From assembly GCA_031972685.1 (NCBI GenBank), contig DALYEI010000002.1:1-57326 (forward strand): a stretch of DNA of 57,326 nucleotides, read 5' to 3'. Position 1 is the stretch's first letter; each line of letters opens with the position of its first letter. Origin of the DNA: Minisyncoccota bacterium (lineage in GTDB: Bacteria; Patescibacteriota; Minisyncoccia; Phycocordibacterales; UBA9973). Made by a program: the position numbers and the translations under genes. This document shows, piece after piece, positions 1 to 10,110 of this stretch. The notes beneath the pieces were generated by a model. It did not search any database. It was not told the origin of the DNA and saw nothing but the letters and a program-made list of their open reading frames with translations.

Positions 1-2
1 CT

Positions 3-1088
3 GACAAGGCTCATAAAGAATGGGTAGAAAAACAATATCAATTGTATAAAAAAGGAGCTTTAAAAGATGGTAATTTAGTGAAAGGTCCTGATGGTGGTAT
101 ATATAAAATAGGATCTTTAGATAACAAAGTTTCAAAAAAAGATAACTCTTTAGAAGGGGGGGAGCAAAAAACTTCACTTAATATTTCTCAATTTTTTAAA
201 ACAGGGACTACTGAGTTTATTGATTCAGAAGCAAAGCAGAATGCAAAAGAATCACTTCGAGATTTTTTGAAAAATGCAGATTTAAAGAATTTTAAAATAA
301 ATGTTTTGGGAACTTATTCTGTAGATAGACCTTATGAGAATAATCAAGAGTTAGCAGAAGCTCGAAGAGATTTAGGTAATAAAATTTTATTAGAAGTTCT
401 AAGAGAGAAATATTCACCAGAAGAAATAAGCAAGATTGTTATTGAAGCAGAAGCTAAAGGGAAAAGCTTGTTAGATAGTTTTACTCAAGATAAAATAGAT
501 GAAATGTCTCGTGGGGAAAAAGATGAAGCCATAAATCAAAATCAAGGTATTTCATTTAAGTTAGAGTTTATGAAAAAAAGAGAAATTAAAGAACTTGCAT
601 TTCAAAAAACCTTTAATAATTTAGAAGATTTTAATAATGTAAGAGCTGTAATTGTAGATAATTCTAATTCTATGAGAGAAGACGTAAATCAAGTTTCAGA
701 ATTTATTCAAAAAATTAATCTAGAAAATAAAAAATTAAATAAAGAAGTAATCGATATTTTTACAGTAGAAGGTAAAGATAAAGAAGCTCATTTAAATACC
801 CTTAATTCTGTTCTTTCTAAAATAGAAAAAAGCTTAGATCAAAAAGAGATTGTTCTAATTACTGATGAGCCAGATAATGAATCAAAAGGAGAAGAATATA
901 ATAAAAAAATTGAGCAAATATTAAAAGATGCAAAAGAAAAAAATATAAAAATTGTTGTTAAAATTTTAAATTCAGCAGGAGGTACTCCTTTTAAGATTTT
1001 TGAATTAGATCAAAAGAATAAAGATACTTTATTAAGTAATTCTAAAGATGACGCTACTTGGTTTGCTTCGCTAGAAGATAGATCATAA
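3..1088 (+). CDS. vWA-domain protein with OmpA-like segment, 5' end probably cut by the window edge
   Basis: The frame is open from base 3 with no upstream stop, and the listed start at 42 is a TTG. DNSNSM (DxSxS MIDAS-like) and VLITDEPDN motifs fit a von Willebrand A fold. The NQELAEARR segment resembles OmpA_C-like motifs. Confidence 0.55.
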   Translation, partial: DKAHKEWVEKQYQLYKKGALKDGNLVKGPDGGIYKIGSLDNKVSKKDNSLEGGEQKTSLNISQFFKTGTTEFIDSEAKQNAKESLRDFLKNADLKNFKINVLGTYSVDRPYENNQELAEARRDLGNKILLEVLREKYSPEEISKIVIEAEAKGKSLLDSFTQDKIDEMSRGEKDEAINQNQGISFKLEFMKKREIKELAFQKTFNNLEDFNNVRAVIVDNSNSMREDVNQVSEFIQKINLENKKLNKEVIDIFTVEGKDKEAHLNTLNSVLSKIEKSLDQKEIVLITDEPDNESKGEEYNKKIEQILKDAKEKNIKIVVKILNSAGGTPFKIFELDQKNKDTLLSNSKDDATWFASLEDRS

Positions 1089-1113
1089 TTCCTACCCAAA
1101 AGTATTTTTTATT

Positions 1114-1122
1114 TGCTATAAT
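1114..1122 (+). promoter_or_regulatory. extended -10 element TGcTATAAT, 6 nt upstream of the pilB ATG
   Basis: Exact TGnTATAAT match. The spacing predicts a TSS at or next to the start codon, and no SD is visible. Confidence 0.5.
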
Positions 1123-1128
1123 ATTTAT

Positions 1129-2874
1129 ATGCAAATAGATGAAGATCAATTAAAAAGATATATCTTGGAATCTAAACTCATTACTAAATCCGATTTAGAA
1201 GATATAGTAAAAAAATCAGAAGAAAAAAAGCAAAAGTGGACTGATTTGCTTTTGTCAGAAAATAAAATTTCCGAAGTAGATCTCAAAAGAATGGAAGCCT
1301 TTGTTTTAGGTATTCCTTTTGTGAATTTAGCAAAAGAAAAAATCAATGCCGAGATACTTTCTCTAATACCTGAACCTATAGCTCATAACTATAATATTAT
1401 CGCTTATAATAAAAAGGAAAATGCGCTCGAAGTTGCAATGCTAGACGTAGACGACCTACCAGTTATTGATTTTATTAAAAAACGTTCAGGTCTCAAGATT
1501 TTGCCTAGACTTACCGATACGGCATCTATAAAATCTTCTTTAATTCAATATAAAAAGAGTCTTCAAGCCGAATTTGATAATATTATTCAAAAGGAATCAG
1601 TTTCTCTAAAAATTGCTAAGCAAGAAGGAGAGCATTCCGAAGCTGAACTTAAAGAACTCGCTGAAGATTTACCAGTAGTTAAAATCGTTGATTCGATTAT
1701 TCTTCACGCGATTTTGCAAAACGTATCTGATATTCATATCGAACCAGGAGAAAATACTTTGACTGTTCGTTATCGTATCGATGGTATTTTGCATGATGCG
1801 ATGGTACTCGACAAAAGTGCGGGTAACGGTATTACTGCTCGTATTAAAGTTTTATCAAATCTGAAACTCGATGAAAAAAGACTTCCTCAAGACGGACGTT
1901 TTAAGATTGAGCAAAATGGAGATAAGGTATCTTTTCGTGTTTCTACTTTACCTACTTTCTTTGGAGAGAAAACCGTTATTCGTATTTTGAAAGAAAATGC
2001 TCATGGTTTTTCACTCGAAGGTTTAGGTTTTCACGGTGAAGGTTTAGAACGCATTCATGAATCCTTAAAACAAAAAACAGGTATGGTTCTCGCTACTGGT
2101 CCGACAGGTTCGGGTAAAACTACTACGCTCTATACTATGCTCGATATTTTAAACAAACCAGAAGTGAATATTTCTACCGTCGAAGATCCAGTCGAATATC
2201 AAATGCCTCGCGTAAATCAAAGCCAAGTAAAGCCTGAAATTGGATTTTCTTTTGCATCTGGACTTCGTTCATTACTACGTCAGGATCCTGATATTGTGAT
2301 GGTAGGAGAGATCCGTGATGGAGAGACTGCTTCGATTGCGGTAAATGCTTCGCTTACTGGGCACTTAGTACTTTCAACAATCCACACCAACTCCGCTGCC
2401 GGAGCTATCCCTCGTATGATTGATATGGGAGTTTTGCCGTTTTTGATAGTTTCAACTGTCAAAGTTATTATTGCGCAACGTTTAGTTCGTAGATTAACAA
2501 ATACTAAAGAAAAATATTTCTTGTCTCCAGATCAACTTAAAAATCTAGCTAAGATTATAGACCTCGACCGTATGCTATCTATTTTGAAGCAAGAAAAATT
2601 AATTGAAGAAAAGGCTACTTGGAAAGAAATACCTTTTTATAAAGTACCTGATGATTCTAAAGCTGGAGATGGGTATAGTGGGCGTGTTGGTATTCATGAA
2701 GTTTTAAAAGTTACTCTTTCTATTCGTGAACTTATTTTGAAAAATGCATCTGGAGATGAAATCGAAGAGCAAGCTAAAAAAGAAGGTATGATTACTATGA
2801 TAGAAGATGGAATCTTCCAAGCTGTTTTAGGAAATACTTCTATTGAAGAAGTCTTCCGTGTAGTTTCTGAATAA
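1129..2874 (+). CDS. pilB: type IV pilus / type II secretion assembly ATPase (GspE/PilB family)
   Basis: Walker A GPTGSGKTTT, the DPDIVMVGEIRD Asp box and the TGHLVLSTIHTN His box are all present. Length of 581 aa is typical of PilB. Confidence 0.9.
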   Translation: MQIDEDQLKRYILESKLITKSDLEDIVKKSEEKKQKWTDLLLSENKISEVDLKRMEAFVLGIPFVNLAKEKINAEILSLIPEPIAHNYNIIAYNKKENALEVAMLDVDDLPVIDFIKKRSGLKILPRLTDTASIKSSLIQYKKSLQAEFDNIIQKESVSLKIAKQEGEHSEAELKELAEDLPVVKIVDSIILHAILQNVSDIHIEPGENTLTVRYRIDGILHDAMVLDKSAGNGITARIKVLSNLKLDEKRLPQDGRFKIEQNGDKVSFRVSTLPTFFGEKTVIRILKENAHGFSLEGLGFHGEGLERIHESLKQKTGMVLATGPTGSGKTTTLYTMLDILNKPEVNISTVEDPVEYQMPRVNQSQVKPEIGFSFASGLRSLLRQDPDIVMVGEIRDGETASIAVNASLTGHLVLSTIHTNSAAGAIPRMIDMGVLPFLIVSTVKVIIAQRLVRRLTNTKEKYFLSPDQLKNLAKIIDLDRMLSILKQEKLIEEKATWKEIPFYKVPDDSKAGDGYSGRVGIHEVLKVTLSIRELILKNASGDEIEEQAKKEGMITMIEDGIFQAVLGNTSIEEVFRVVSE

Positions 2875-2875
2875 T

Positions 2876-4090
2876 ATGTTATTTAAATATAAAGCAAAAA
2901 CAAAAACTGGAGAAATTATAGAAGGCACTATAGAAGCCTCTGATCGTTTTTCTGTATCTCGTGACCTAAGATCAAAGGGTAATAATCCTATTTCAATCAC
3001 ACAAGAAGGCGGGGTTTTTAATCTAGACAGTTTAATAGAGAAAATTTTTGGAAAAGTAAAATTATCTGAGTTAATTATTTTTACCCGTAACCTAAGTGGA
3101 ATGCTTAAAGCTGGATTGCCTTTAGCTCGTGCTTTATCCGTAGTAGAAAAACAAACTAAAAATAAAACTTTTCAGAAAATTTTAGCTGATTTACAAAACG
3201 AGATTAATTCTGGAGGAACTTTTTCTAGTGGACTTACAAAATATCCAAAAGTTTTTTCAAAACTTTTTGTATCTATGGTCCGTGCAGGGGAAGAGTCTGG
3301 AAATTTATCTAATGCTTTACTCGAAGTTGGTATGAATTTAAATAAATCCTATACTCTAACTAAAAAGGTAAAAGGGGCAATGATTTATCCAGGTGTGATT
3401 TTAGGAGCTATGGTTATTATTGGAATTTTGCTTTTTGCTTTCGTGGTGCCGACTTTAGCGAAAACTTTCGTTGAACTTGGGGTTAAATTGCCAGCAACTA
3501 CTAGGTTTATTATCGGTCTCGGGAATTTCTTTTCGAATTATTTAATCTTTGCTTTACTTTCAGTTTTCGCTATAGGTTTCGGAGGGTATATGCTTTTCAA
3601 AGCAAAATTTATGCAAAAGTATATTGATTTTGTTGTGATAAGGATTCCGGTTATTGGTACTATTGCTAAAGAAGTTAATACAGCTCGTACTGCGAGAACC
3701 TTATCTTCATTATTACTTTCTGGAGTTTCTATTACTCGCGCTATTGAGATTACCGAAGACGTTGTGCAAAATTCTTATTATAAAAAAATCTTAGAAGAAG
3801 CCAAAGATAAAGTTGAAAAGGGTTCACCTTTCTCTTCAGCTTTTACTGAAAATACTAAACTCTATCCTATTATGATGTCGGAAATGATTCAAGTAGGTGA
3901 GGAAACAGGTAAGCTTTCAGACATGCTTCTTGAAATTGCAAATTTTTATGAAGGAGAAATAGAAGAAAAAACTAAAAACCTTTCGACTATTATTGAACCA
4001 ATCCTTATGATATTTATTGGAGGAGGAGTAGGTTTTTTTGCCCTTTCTATGATTACTCCACTTTATTCAGTTTTAAATAATATAGGTTAA
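2876..4090 (+). CDS. pilC: type IV pilus platform protein (GspF/PilC family)
   Basis: 404-aa polytopic protein with duplicated GspF-like halves (MVRAGEESGNL and MIQVGEETGKL). It lies immediately downstream of pilB. Confidence 0.88.
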   Translation: MLFKYKAKTKTGEIIEGTIEASDRFSVSRDLRSKGNNPISITQEGGVFNLDSLIEKIFGKVKLSELIIFTRNLSGMLKAGLPLARALSVVEKQTKNKTFQKILADLQNEINSGGTFSSGLTKYPKVFSKLFVSMVRAGEESGNLSNALLEVGMNLNKSYTLTKKVKGAMIYPGVILGAMVIIGILLFAFVVPTLAKTFVELGVKLPATTRFIIGLGNFFSNYLIFALLSVFAIGFGGYMLFKAKFMQKYIDFVVIRIPVIGTIAKEVNTARTARTLSSLLLSGVSITRAIEITEDVVQNSYYKKILEEAKDKVEKGSPFSSAFTENTKLYPIMMSEMIQVGEETGKLSDMLLEIANFYEGEIEEKTKNLSTIIEPILMIFIGGGVGFFALSMITPLYSVLNNIG

Positions 4091-4091
4091 T

Positions 4092-4550
4092 ATGAAAAAC
4101 TTTTTTCAAAAAGGAATTAGTGCTATTGAGATTTTAGTTGTCGTTTCTATTATTGTGCTTTTGACTGTGATTATAATTCCAAATTTTAAAGATATGCGTA
4201 ATTCGCAAATCTTACAAAACTCTACTTTAGATGTTTATAATGCTTTGAATAAAGCTCGTGCGAATTCTTTAGCGGGACTCAATTCGCAAAGTTATGGAGT
4301 GCATTTTTCTACTAATCAAGTTATAATTTTTGAAGGAACGGTTTATGATTCTGGAGCAGGTAGCAATGAAGTCATTGATTTAGATTCTCGGTCTAGTATC
4401 TCTAGTATTAGTCTATCCGGTGGGGGAAGTGATATTTATTTCAATCGTATTTACGGTAAGCCAAATAAAACAGGAACTTTGACTATCTCAGTTGGTTCAT
4501 CTTCGAAAAATGTTTCAGTGGGGGCTTTGGGTAATATTAATATAGATTAA
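4092..4550 (+). CDS. pseudopilin with prepilin-type N-terminal signal
   Basis: N-terminus QKG/ISAIEILVVVSIIVLL has Glu at +5 followed by a hydrophobic helix. The start lies 2 nt after the pilC stop. Confidence 0.7.
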   Translation: MKNFFQKGISAIEILVVVSIIVLLTVIIIPNFKDMRNSQILQNSTLDVYNALNKARANSLAGLNSQSYGVHFSTNQVIIFEGTVYDSGAGSNEVIDLDSRSSISSISLSGGGSDIYFNRIYGKPNKTGTLTISVGSSSKNVSVGALGNINID

Positions 4551-4551
4551 A

Positions 4552-5034
4552 ATGTTTACAAAAAACAAAAAACAAAAAGGATTTATGATGGTAGAACTTA
4601 TAGTGATTTCTGCTGTTTTGAGTATTATTGTAATTGCGGCTTCGTATGTAGCTAAAAAATCTATTGAAGTTTCTAGTCGTACTATTCATACTATGGAAGC
4701 GAGTTTCCTTTTAGAAGAAGGGGTTGAAGTAATGCGTATTTTACGTGATTCAAATTTTGATAATGTAGATCCGGCAATAGAAGGTTATAGTAATCAATAT
4801 TTAACTTTAGTTAGTAATACTTGGTCTTTAGTTGATGCTCCGCAAACAAACGGTATTTTTACGAGAATTATAAATATTTATCCTGTATATCGTGATGCTA
4901 CAACTTCAGATATTGTAACTTCGGGAGGGGTTTTAGATACTGGTACTAGTAAAATTACTGTAACTGTTTCTTGGTCCGAGGGAACTACAACCTTGAGTAA
5001 ATCTTTAACATTTTATTTGAGTGATTTATTTTAA
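4552..5034 (+). CDS. pseudopilin with prepilin-type N-terminal signal
   Basis: KG/FMMVELIVISAVL class III signal-like N-terminus, within the pilus operon. Confidence 0.6.
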   Translation: MFTKNKKQKGFMMVELIVISAVLSIIVIAASYVAKKSIEVSSRTIHTMEASFLLEEGVEVMRILRDSNFDNVDPAIEGYSNQYLTLVSNTWSLVDAPQTNGIFTRIINIYPVYRDATTSDIVTSGGVLDTGTSKITVTVSWSEGTTTLSKSLTFYLSDLF

Positions 5035-5035
5035 A

Positions 5036-5545
5036 ATGCATAAATTTAAAATTCAAAAATTAAATAAAGGATTTTCTCTAATCGAAGTAGTATTTTATGT
5101 TTCTATATTTTTAATACTTTCTATCGTTACTATTGATGCTCTTATTGTAATTACTAAATCCTTTAAAACTACAAAAGTAAATATCGAACTTGCGCAAGGT
5201 GGTACTATTTTAGAAAAGATAGCTCGTGAGATAAAGCAAGCTGAGAGTGTAACTTTGGTTTCATCTAGCGATATTTCCATTAATACTTTTGATGAAGATG
5301 GTAATGCGAAAAATATTCGATATCTTTTATCTGGGAGCAATTTAGCTGTTTATGAAAACGGTAGTGGAACTTCTTCAGGAAATTTAAATCCTTCTAATAT
5401 AAAAATTAATTCGATTTCTTTTACTGATTTGAATACTACTCTTTCAAATGCAATCCGTATTTCTATTACTATTGGTTCAAACCATTTTAATTCAACAAAA
5501 GAAGCTAACTATTATACAACGGTAGTTCTAAGAGGTGGATATTAA
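5036..5545 (+). CDS. pseudopilin with prepilin-type N-terminal signal
   Basis: NKG/FSLIEVVFYVSIF motif. I prefer the ATG at 5036, which sits 1 nt after the upstream stop, over the track start at 5021. Confidence 0.6.
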   Translation: MHKFKIQKLNKGFSLIEVVFYVSIFLILSIVTIDALIVITKSFKTTKVNIELAQGGTILEKIAREIKQAESVTLVSSSDISINTFDEDGNAKNIRYLLSGSNLAVYENGSGTSSGNLNPSNIKINSISFTDLNTTLSNAIRISITIGSNHFNSTKEANYYTTVVLRGGY

Positions 5546-5558
5546 TATTTATTAAAAT

Positions 5559-7334
5559 ATGAAGAATTATTTTTTACAACTTAAAAAACAAAATTATCAA
5601 AAAGGGCAAGCCTTGCTTATCTCTTTGGTATTTTTTACTTCTATATCTCTAGCTATGACTACGGGCTTAGTAGTTCCAACTGTTAAAGAATTTAAAATCG
5701 CAAACACAAGTATCAATAGTAAAAAATCTTATGCCTTGTCTGAGTCTGGAATAGAAGATGCTTTTTATAGGGTTAAAACAGGTAGAGATATAAGTGCAAC
5801 TGAAGTTTTAACTTTAGATGGGAATACTGTTACTACTAGTATTTCTACACCAAGTGCAGACGAAAAATATATAGAATCAGTTGGAGATGTTGCTAATTCA
5901 GATAGAAAGCTTGCTTTGTCTCTTTCTACTGATACTGGTATTTCTTTTAATTATGGGGTGCAAGTAGGGGCTGGTGGACTTTATTTAGATAGTGGAGCTG
6001 TAAATGGAAATGTTTATGCTAATGGTCCTATTACTGCTTCCAGTTCCGGAAGTAATGCTATTACTGGAACTGCTATTTCAGCTAATAGTCCAAGTTCTAC
6101 TACTAATCAGTCAAACGGTACTGGTACTCCAAGTAATAATATAAATTTTGGTAACAATAATTCTACTCAAGATATAGCTCAAAGTTTTCGTTTAACAGAA
6201 GAATTACCTTTAAATAAAGTCCAGTTTTATTTAAGTAGGACTTCAGGAACTGCACCATCTGATGCTACGGTAACTATTCGTAATGATAGTAGTGGCTCAC
6301 CAGGGAGTACTATTTATGCTACAGGAACTTTAGCTGCATCAACTGTAACAACAACTCCTAGTTGGATTGATATTGCTTTTACTTCTAACCCTACTTTAAA
6401 TACTGATACCCCTTACTGGGTAGTTATAGATGCTAGTACTAATGCTAGTAGGTATTATACAATAGGAGCAAATTTAAATACTTATAGTAATGGTTTAGGT
6501 AAGATAGGTAGAGTTGGAACTTCTTGGTCTGAAACTGCTTATGTGAATTTAGATTATTTTTTTAAAATTTATTTAGGCGGCTTGAATGGACGTATTCAGG
6601 GCGACGGTCAATGGACTCAACTTAGAATAGGTACAACTTCTGGTACAGCTCAAGCTAATACGGTTAATAATGTGCATGCGACAGGTAATATATATTGTCA
6701 AACAGGAACAGGTAATAATAAATCTTGTACTAGTCAAGCTGACCCTGTTTATATAGCTTTTCCTATTTCTGAAGCTAATATTGAAGCTTGGAAAACCGAA
6801 ACCGAAGCCGGGGGGATTTTGACTGGTAATTATACTGTCGGTTGGGCTGGAGCAACTTTAGGTCCTAAAAAAATCGTAGGAGATCTTACTGTGTCTGGTG
6901 GAGGCACTCTTACTATTTCGGGAAATCTTTGGGTTACTGGGAATATAAATCTTTCTGGTGGAGGAAAAATAAAACTCGCTTCTTCTTATGGTACTGATGA
7001 TGGAGTGATCGTAAATGATGGGACAGTATCTATTTCAGGAGGAGGTAGTGCTACAGGGTCTGGAACTACTGGAAGCTACTTAATGATATTAACTACTAAT
7101 ACCTCTACAGCCGCCGCCGCTTCTATTGCTGGAGGTGCAGGAGCTGTTATACTTTACGCTCCTTATGGAACTTTAACTGTGTCTGGTGGAGCTGCTTTGC
7201 GTGAAGCTGTTGCTTATAAGATGACGATTTCAGGAGGTTCTAGTATTACTTATGAAGCAGGATTAACTAACAATAATTTTTCTAGTGGGCCTTCAGGTAC
7301 TTGGAATGTAACTTCTTGGTCTGAAACTGATTAA
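5559..7334 (+). CDS. large pilin-like / putative pilus-associated surface protein
   Basis: N-terminal QKGQALLISLVFF hydrophobic segment followed by 550 aa rich in Thr, Ser, Gly and Asn, with repeated SGGG/TxSGG motifs. It is the last gene of the pilus cluster. Confidence 0.5.
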   Translation: MKNYFLQLKKQNYQKGQALLISLVFFTSISLAMTTGLVVPTVKEFKIANTSINSKKSYALSESGIEDAFYRVKTGRDISATEVLTLDGNTVTTSISTPSADEKYIESVGDVANSDRKLALSLSTDTGISFNYGVQVGAGGLYLDSGAVNGNVYANGPITASSSGSNAITGTAISANSPSSTTNQSNGTGTPSNNINFGNNNSTQDIAQSFRLTEELPLNKVQFYLSRTSGTAPSDATVTIRNDSSGSPGSTIYATGTLAASTVTTTPSWIDIAFTSNPTLNTDTPYWVVIDASTNASRYYTIGANLNTYSNGLGKIGRVGTSWSETAYVNLDYFFKIYLGGLNGRIQGDGQWTQLRIGTTSGTAQANTVNNVHATGNIYCQTGTGNNKSCTSQADPVYIAFPISEANIEAWKTETEAGGILTGNYTVGWAGATLGPKKIVGDLTVSGGGTLTISGNLWVTGNINLSGGGKIKLASSYGTDDGVIVNDGTVSISGGGSATGSGTTGSYLMILTTNTSTAAAASIAGGAGAVILYAPYGTLTVSGGAALREAVAYKMTISGGSSITYEAGLTNNNFSSGPSGTWNVTSWSETD

Positions 7335-7341
7335 TTTTTTG

Positions 7342-7350
7342 TGCTATAAT
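7342..7350 (+). promoter_or_regulatory. extended -10 element TGcTATAAT, 6 nt upstream of the tpiA ATG at 7357
   Basis: Exact TGnTATAAT match that lies inside the longer ORF-track prediction starting at 7339. Confidence 0.5.
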
Positions 7351-7356
7351 GTTTTT

Positions 7357-8133
7357 ATGTTAAATAAAAAAATTCTTATAGCAAACTTTAAAATGAATCC
7401 TCAAAATTCTAAAGAGGCTACGACTTTACTTAAAAATATTTTAAAAGATTTAAAAAATATTAAAAATACAGAAATAGTTTTTGCTCCGCCTTTTATTTAT
7501 CTTGAAAATCTTAAAAAGATAATTAAAAAATACGGATTAGCTTCTCAAAATTTATTTTATCAAGATAATGGTGCTTATACTGGAGAGATTTCTTATAAAA
7601 TGCTTGAAAATTTAGGAGTAAATTACGCTATTTTAGGACATTCAGAGAGGAGAGCTCTCGGAGAAGATAATAATTTTATAAATCAAAAATTAAAAGTTCT
7701 AACTAAAAGTAGTATTATACCGATACTTTGCATAGGAGAGAAAGTTAGAGATGATAATCACGAATACGTGAATTTTTTACAAAATCAAATCTTAGAATGT
7801 ACCGAAGGTATAAACAAGAAGATTTTAGAGAAATTAATAATTGCTTATGAGCCAGTTTGGGCTATCGGTAAAGATGCAGATAGGGAAGCAACTCCGGAAG
7901 AATTTTTAGAAATTAAAATCTTAATTAAGAAAGTTCTCGCTCTTAAATTTGGCGTAAAGAATATAAATAATGTCAGAATAATTTACGGAGGTTCAGTAGA
8001 TGATAAAAATATTTTTGGATTCTTAGAGAAAGGTGAGACTGACGGATTTTTAGTAGGTAGAGCAAGCCTCTATCCAAAGAAATTTATTAAAATTATAAAT
8101 TACACAGAAAACCTTCCTAAAATGCACGCATAA
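7357..8133 (+). CDS. tpiA: triosephosphate isomerase
   Basis: ANFKMN, ILGHSERR, AYEPVWAIG and YGGSV motifs. The start was moved to MLNKKIL because the -10 element sits upstream of it. Confidence 0.88.
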   Translation: MLNKKILIANFKMNPQNSKEATTLLKNILKDLKNIKNTEIVFAPPFIYLENLKKIIKKYGLASQNLFYQDNGAYTGEISYKMLENLGVNYAILGHSERRALGEDNNFINQKLKVLTKSSIIPILCIGEKVRDDNHEYVNFLQNQILECTEGINKKILEKLIIAYEPVWAIGKDADREATPEEFLEIKILIKKVLALKFGVKNINNVRIIYGGSVDDKNIFGFLEKGETDGFLVGRASLYPKKFIKIINYTENLPKMHA

Positions 8134-8211
8134 AATTCTACTGAATTTTTGCTCTGCTCGGCCCAGTTGGCCTGTGCAAGGTATTTTATAAAGATTTTCT
8201 GTTTCATATTT

Positions 8212-9285
8212 ATGCAAAGTATTAAAAAATTAAAAAATCTTAAAAACAAAAAAGTTATTGTTCGAGTTGATTTCAACGTACCTATAGAAAACGGAAAAGT
8301 AGTAGATAATTTTCGTATCAAAAAAGGTATACCTACTATTAAATATCTCGTAGATAAGGGGGCAAAAGTTCTTATACTTATGCATTTAGGCAAAGACGGT
8401 AATAGTGATATTAACCCTGTGATAAAAGAATTCTTTAAACTTTCTAAGATTAAGAAAGAACATATAGTATTTGCACCGAACGTTAGAGCCTTTCTTGGTG
8501 AAGAAAAGAATAAGACTGATCTCGCGAAAGACTTCGCAAGTTTAGGGGACTACTACGTGAATGATGCTTTTTCGGTTTCTCATCGTGCTCATACTTCGGT
8601 AGTTGGTATTCCTAAATATTTACCTTCTTATGCAGGACTTCAATTAGAAGAAGAAGTAAAGAATTTGAGTATTCCTTTTAAGAATAAAAAGAAACCTTTT
8701 TTATTTATTCTAGGAGGAGCGAAGTTCGGAACCAAAATTCCTTTAATTAAGAAATATTTAACTTCTGCGGACTTTGTATTTATTGGGGGAGCTTTGATGA
8801 ATAATTTGATTAAAATGCTTGGCTATGAAGTTGGGTCTTCTTTGGTAGATGAAGATTCATACCTTGAAGTTAAAAGAATTTTGAATAATAAAAAGCTTAT
8901 TTTGCCAATAGACGTTTTAGTTATCAATAAAGATAAATTAATTAATAAAAAATTAAATGAGATAAATAAAGACGATACTATTATTGATATCGGCAAAGAT
9001 ACGAGCCTACTTCTCAAAGAGAAAATTCAAAAATCTAAATTAATACTTTGGAACGGACCGCTTGGTAGGTACGAAGACAGGGGAGAGAAGCAAACTAAAG
9101 AGATTATTAAAACTATAGCTAAATTAAAAACTAAACCTATAAGTATTATAGGCGGAGGGGATACCGTAGCCTTAATTTCAGAAATGAAAATGGAAAAGAA
9201 TTTCACCTTCGTTTCAACCGGCGGCGGCGCAACTTTAGACTTCCTCGCCAAAGGCACTTTGGTAGGAATCAAGGCTCTAAAATAA
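8212..9285 (+). CDS. pgk: phosphoglycerate kinase
   Basis: VRVDFNVP, NDAFSVSHRAH, GGAKFGTKI, GGGDT and STGGGA motifs. The start was set at MQSIKKL; the upstream Cys- and Phe-rich extension in the track looks non-coding. Confidence 0.88.
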   Translation: MQSIKKLKNLKNKKVIVRVDFNVPIENGKVVDNFRIKKGIPTIKYLVDKGAKVLILMHLGKDGNSDINPVIKEFFKLSKIKKEHIVFAPNVRAFLGEEKNKTDLAKDFASLGDYYVNDAFSVSHRAHTSVVGIPKYLPSYAGLQLEEEVKNLSIPFKNKKKPFLFILGGAKFGTKIPLIKKYLTSADFVFIGGALMNNLIKMLGYEVGSSLVDEDSYLEVKRILNNKKLILPIDVLVINKDKLINKKLNEINKDDTIIDIGKDTSLLLKEKIQKSKLILWNGPLGRYEDRGEKQTKEIIKTIAKLKTKPISIIGGGDTVALISEMKMEKNFTFVSTGGGATLDFLAKGTLVGIKALK

Positions 9286-9366
9286 AACTATTTACAAATT
9301 TTGTAAATATACTAATATATATTTGAATACCGGCGACCCGCCGTTCAGGGTAAAAATCTTTTTAAA

Positions 9367-9657
9367 ATGAAAAAATTTATAGCTGTAGTTTCGGTAATTA
9401 TTATTGTATGTTGTATTTTTTATAGAAATAGAAATCAACAGCAAAAAGCAAAACACAAACCTCCTACATATGTTTATGTTAATGAACGTGTGTATTCTTA
9501 CGGGAATGGAGTGTATTACTTTTCAGTAAATGAATTCGGACACACACTTTCTGAATTCATTTCAAAAAATGATTCTCTAAGGCTACAAAGCGTGGCCGGA
9601 GATGGAGCCTCTATGGGTGCCCATATTGGCTACTTCGTAATCTTTGAAAAAAAATAA
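9367..9657 (+). CDS. small membrane-anchored hypothetical protein
   Basis: N-terminal TM helix FIAVVSVIIIVCCIF, with its own TTTACA / TAATAT promoter-like elements upstream and a terminator downstream. No family recognised. Confidence 0.45.
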   Translation: MKKFIAVVSVIIIVCCIFYRNRNQQQKAKHKPPTYVYVNERVYSYGNGVYYFSVNEFGHTLSEFISKNDSLRLQSVAGDGASMGAHIGYFVIFEKK

Positions 9658-9677
9658 TAAAGTAAAGAAAAGAGGAG

Positions 9678-9707
9678 CGTAGTGAATATAATTCATTACG
9701 TTTTTTT
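9678..9707 (+). terminator. intrinsic terminator
   Basis: 10-bp stem cgtagtgaat/attcattacg with one G-U pair, followed by T7. The T-run touches the stop codon of the HIT gene. Confidence 0.6.
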
Positions 9708-10068
9708 ATTTTGCTAGTGCGTTGATTATTTTATTTTTATTTTCTTCGAAGGCGTTGATGTCTCCTGGAACGTCAGCCCAGAGCCAGATATGTGCATGCG
9801 GAACTTCTTCACCGTAGATTTGACTACGGACTATATCAGCGCCTAAACCTTTTTTGAGAGCGAGAGCAAGTTTGCGAGTTATTTCAAAATATTCTCCAGC
9901 GTTAGGTACGTCCCAGACGAATCGATAATGAGCCTTAGGAATAACTTGAATATGGCCAGGAGCTAGAGGGTGAATATCTAAAAAGGCTAGAAAATTTTCA
10001 TCTTCATAGACTTTATGACTCGGTATTCCTCCGGCGACTATTTTGCAAAAAATGCAATTCTTGTCCAT
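9706..10068 (-). CDS. HIT-family nucleotide hydrolase/transferase
   Basis: CIFCKI zinc-finger-like N-terminus and histidine triad PHAHIWLW. A TGcTATAAT element lies 6 nt upstream on the minus strand (10075-10083). Confidence 0.85.
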   Translation of the reverse strand: MDKNCIFCKIVAGGIPSHKVYEDENFLAFLDIHPLAPGHIQVIPKAHYRFVWDVPNAGEYFEITRKLALALKKGLGADIVRSQIYGEEVPHAHIWLWADVPGDINAFEENKNKIINALAK

Positions 10069-10110
10069 AAGTAAATTATAGCATTATATGTTAAAATTGC
10101 ATTTGTATAT

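Noticed and set aside
7339-8211. Longer N-terminal extensions in the ORF track for tpiA (7339), pgk (8149), dut (19145), the secreted protein (37894) and the island gene (44415)
   Set aside because: The extensions are Cys- or Phe-rich or otherwise atypical, start at non-ATG codons in several cases, and overlap promoter-like elements. Conserved N-termini begin at the downstream ATGs.
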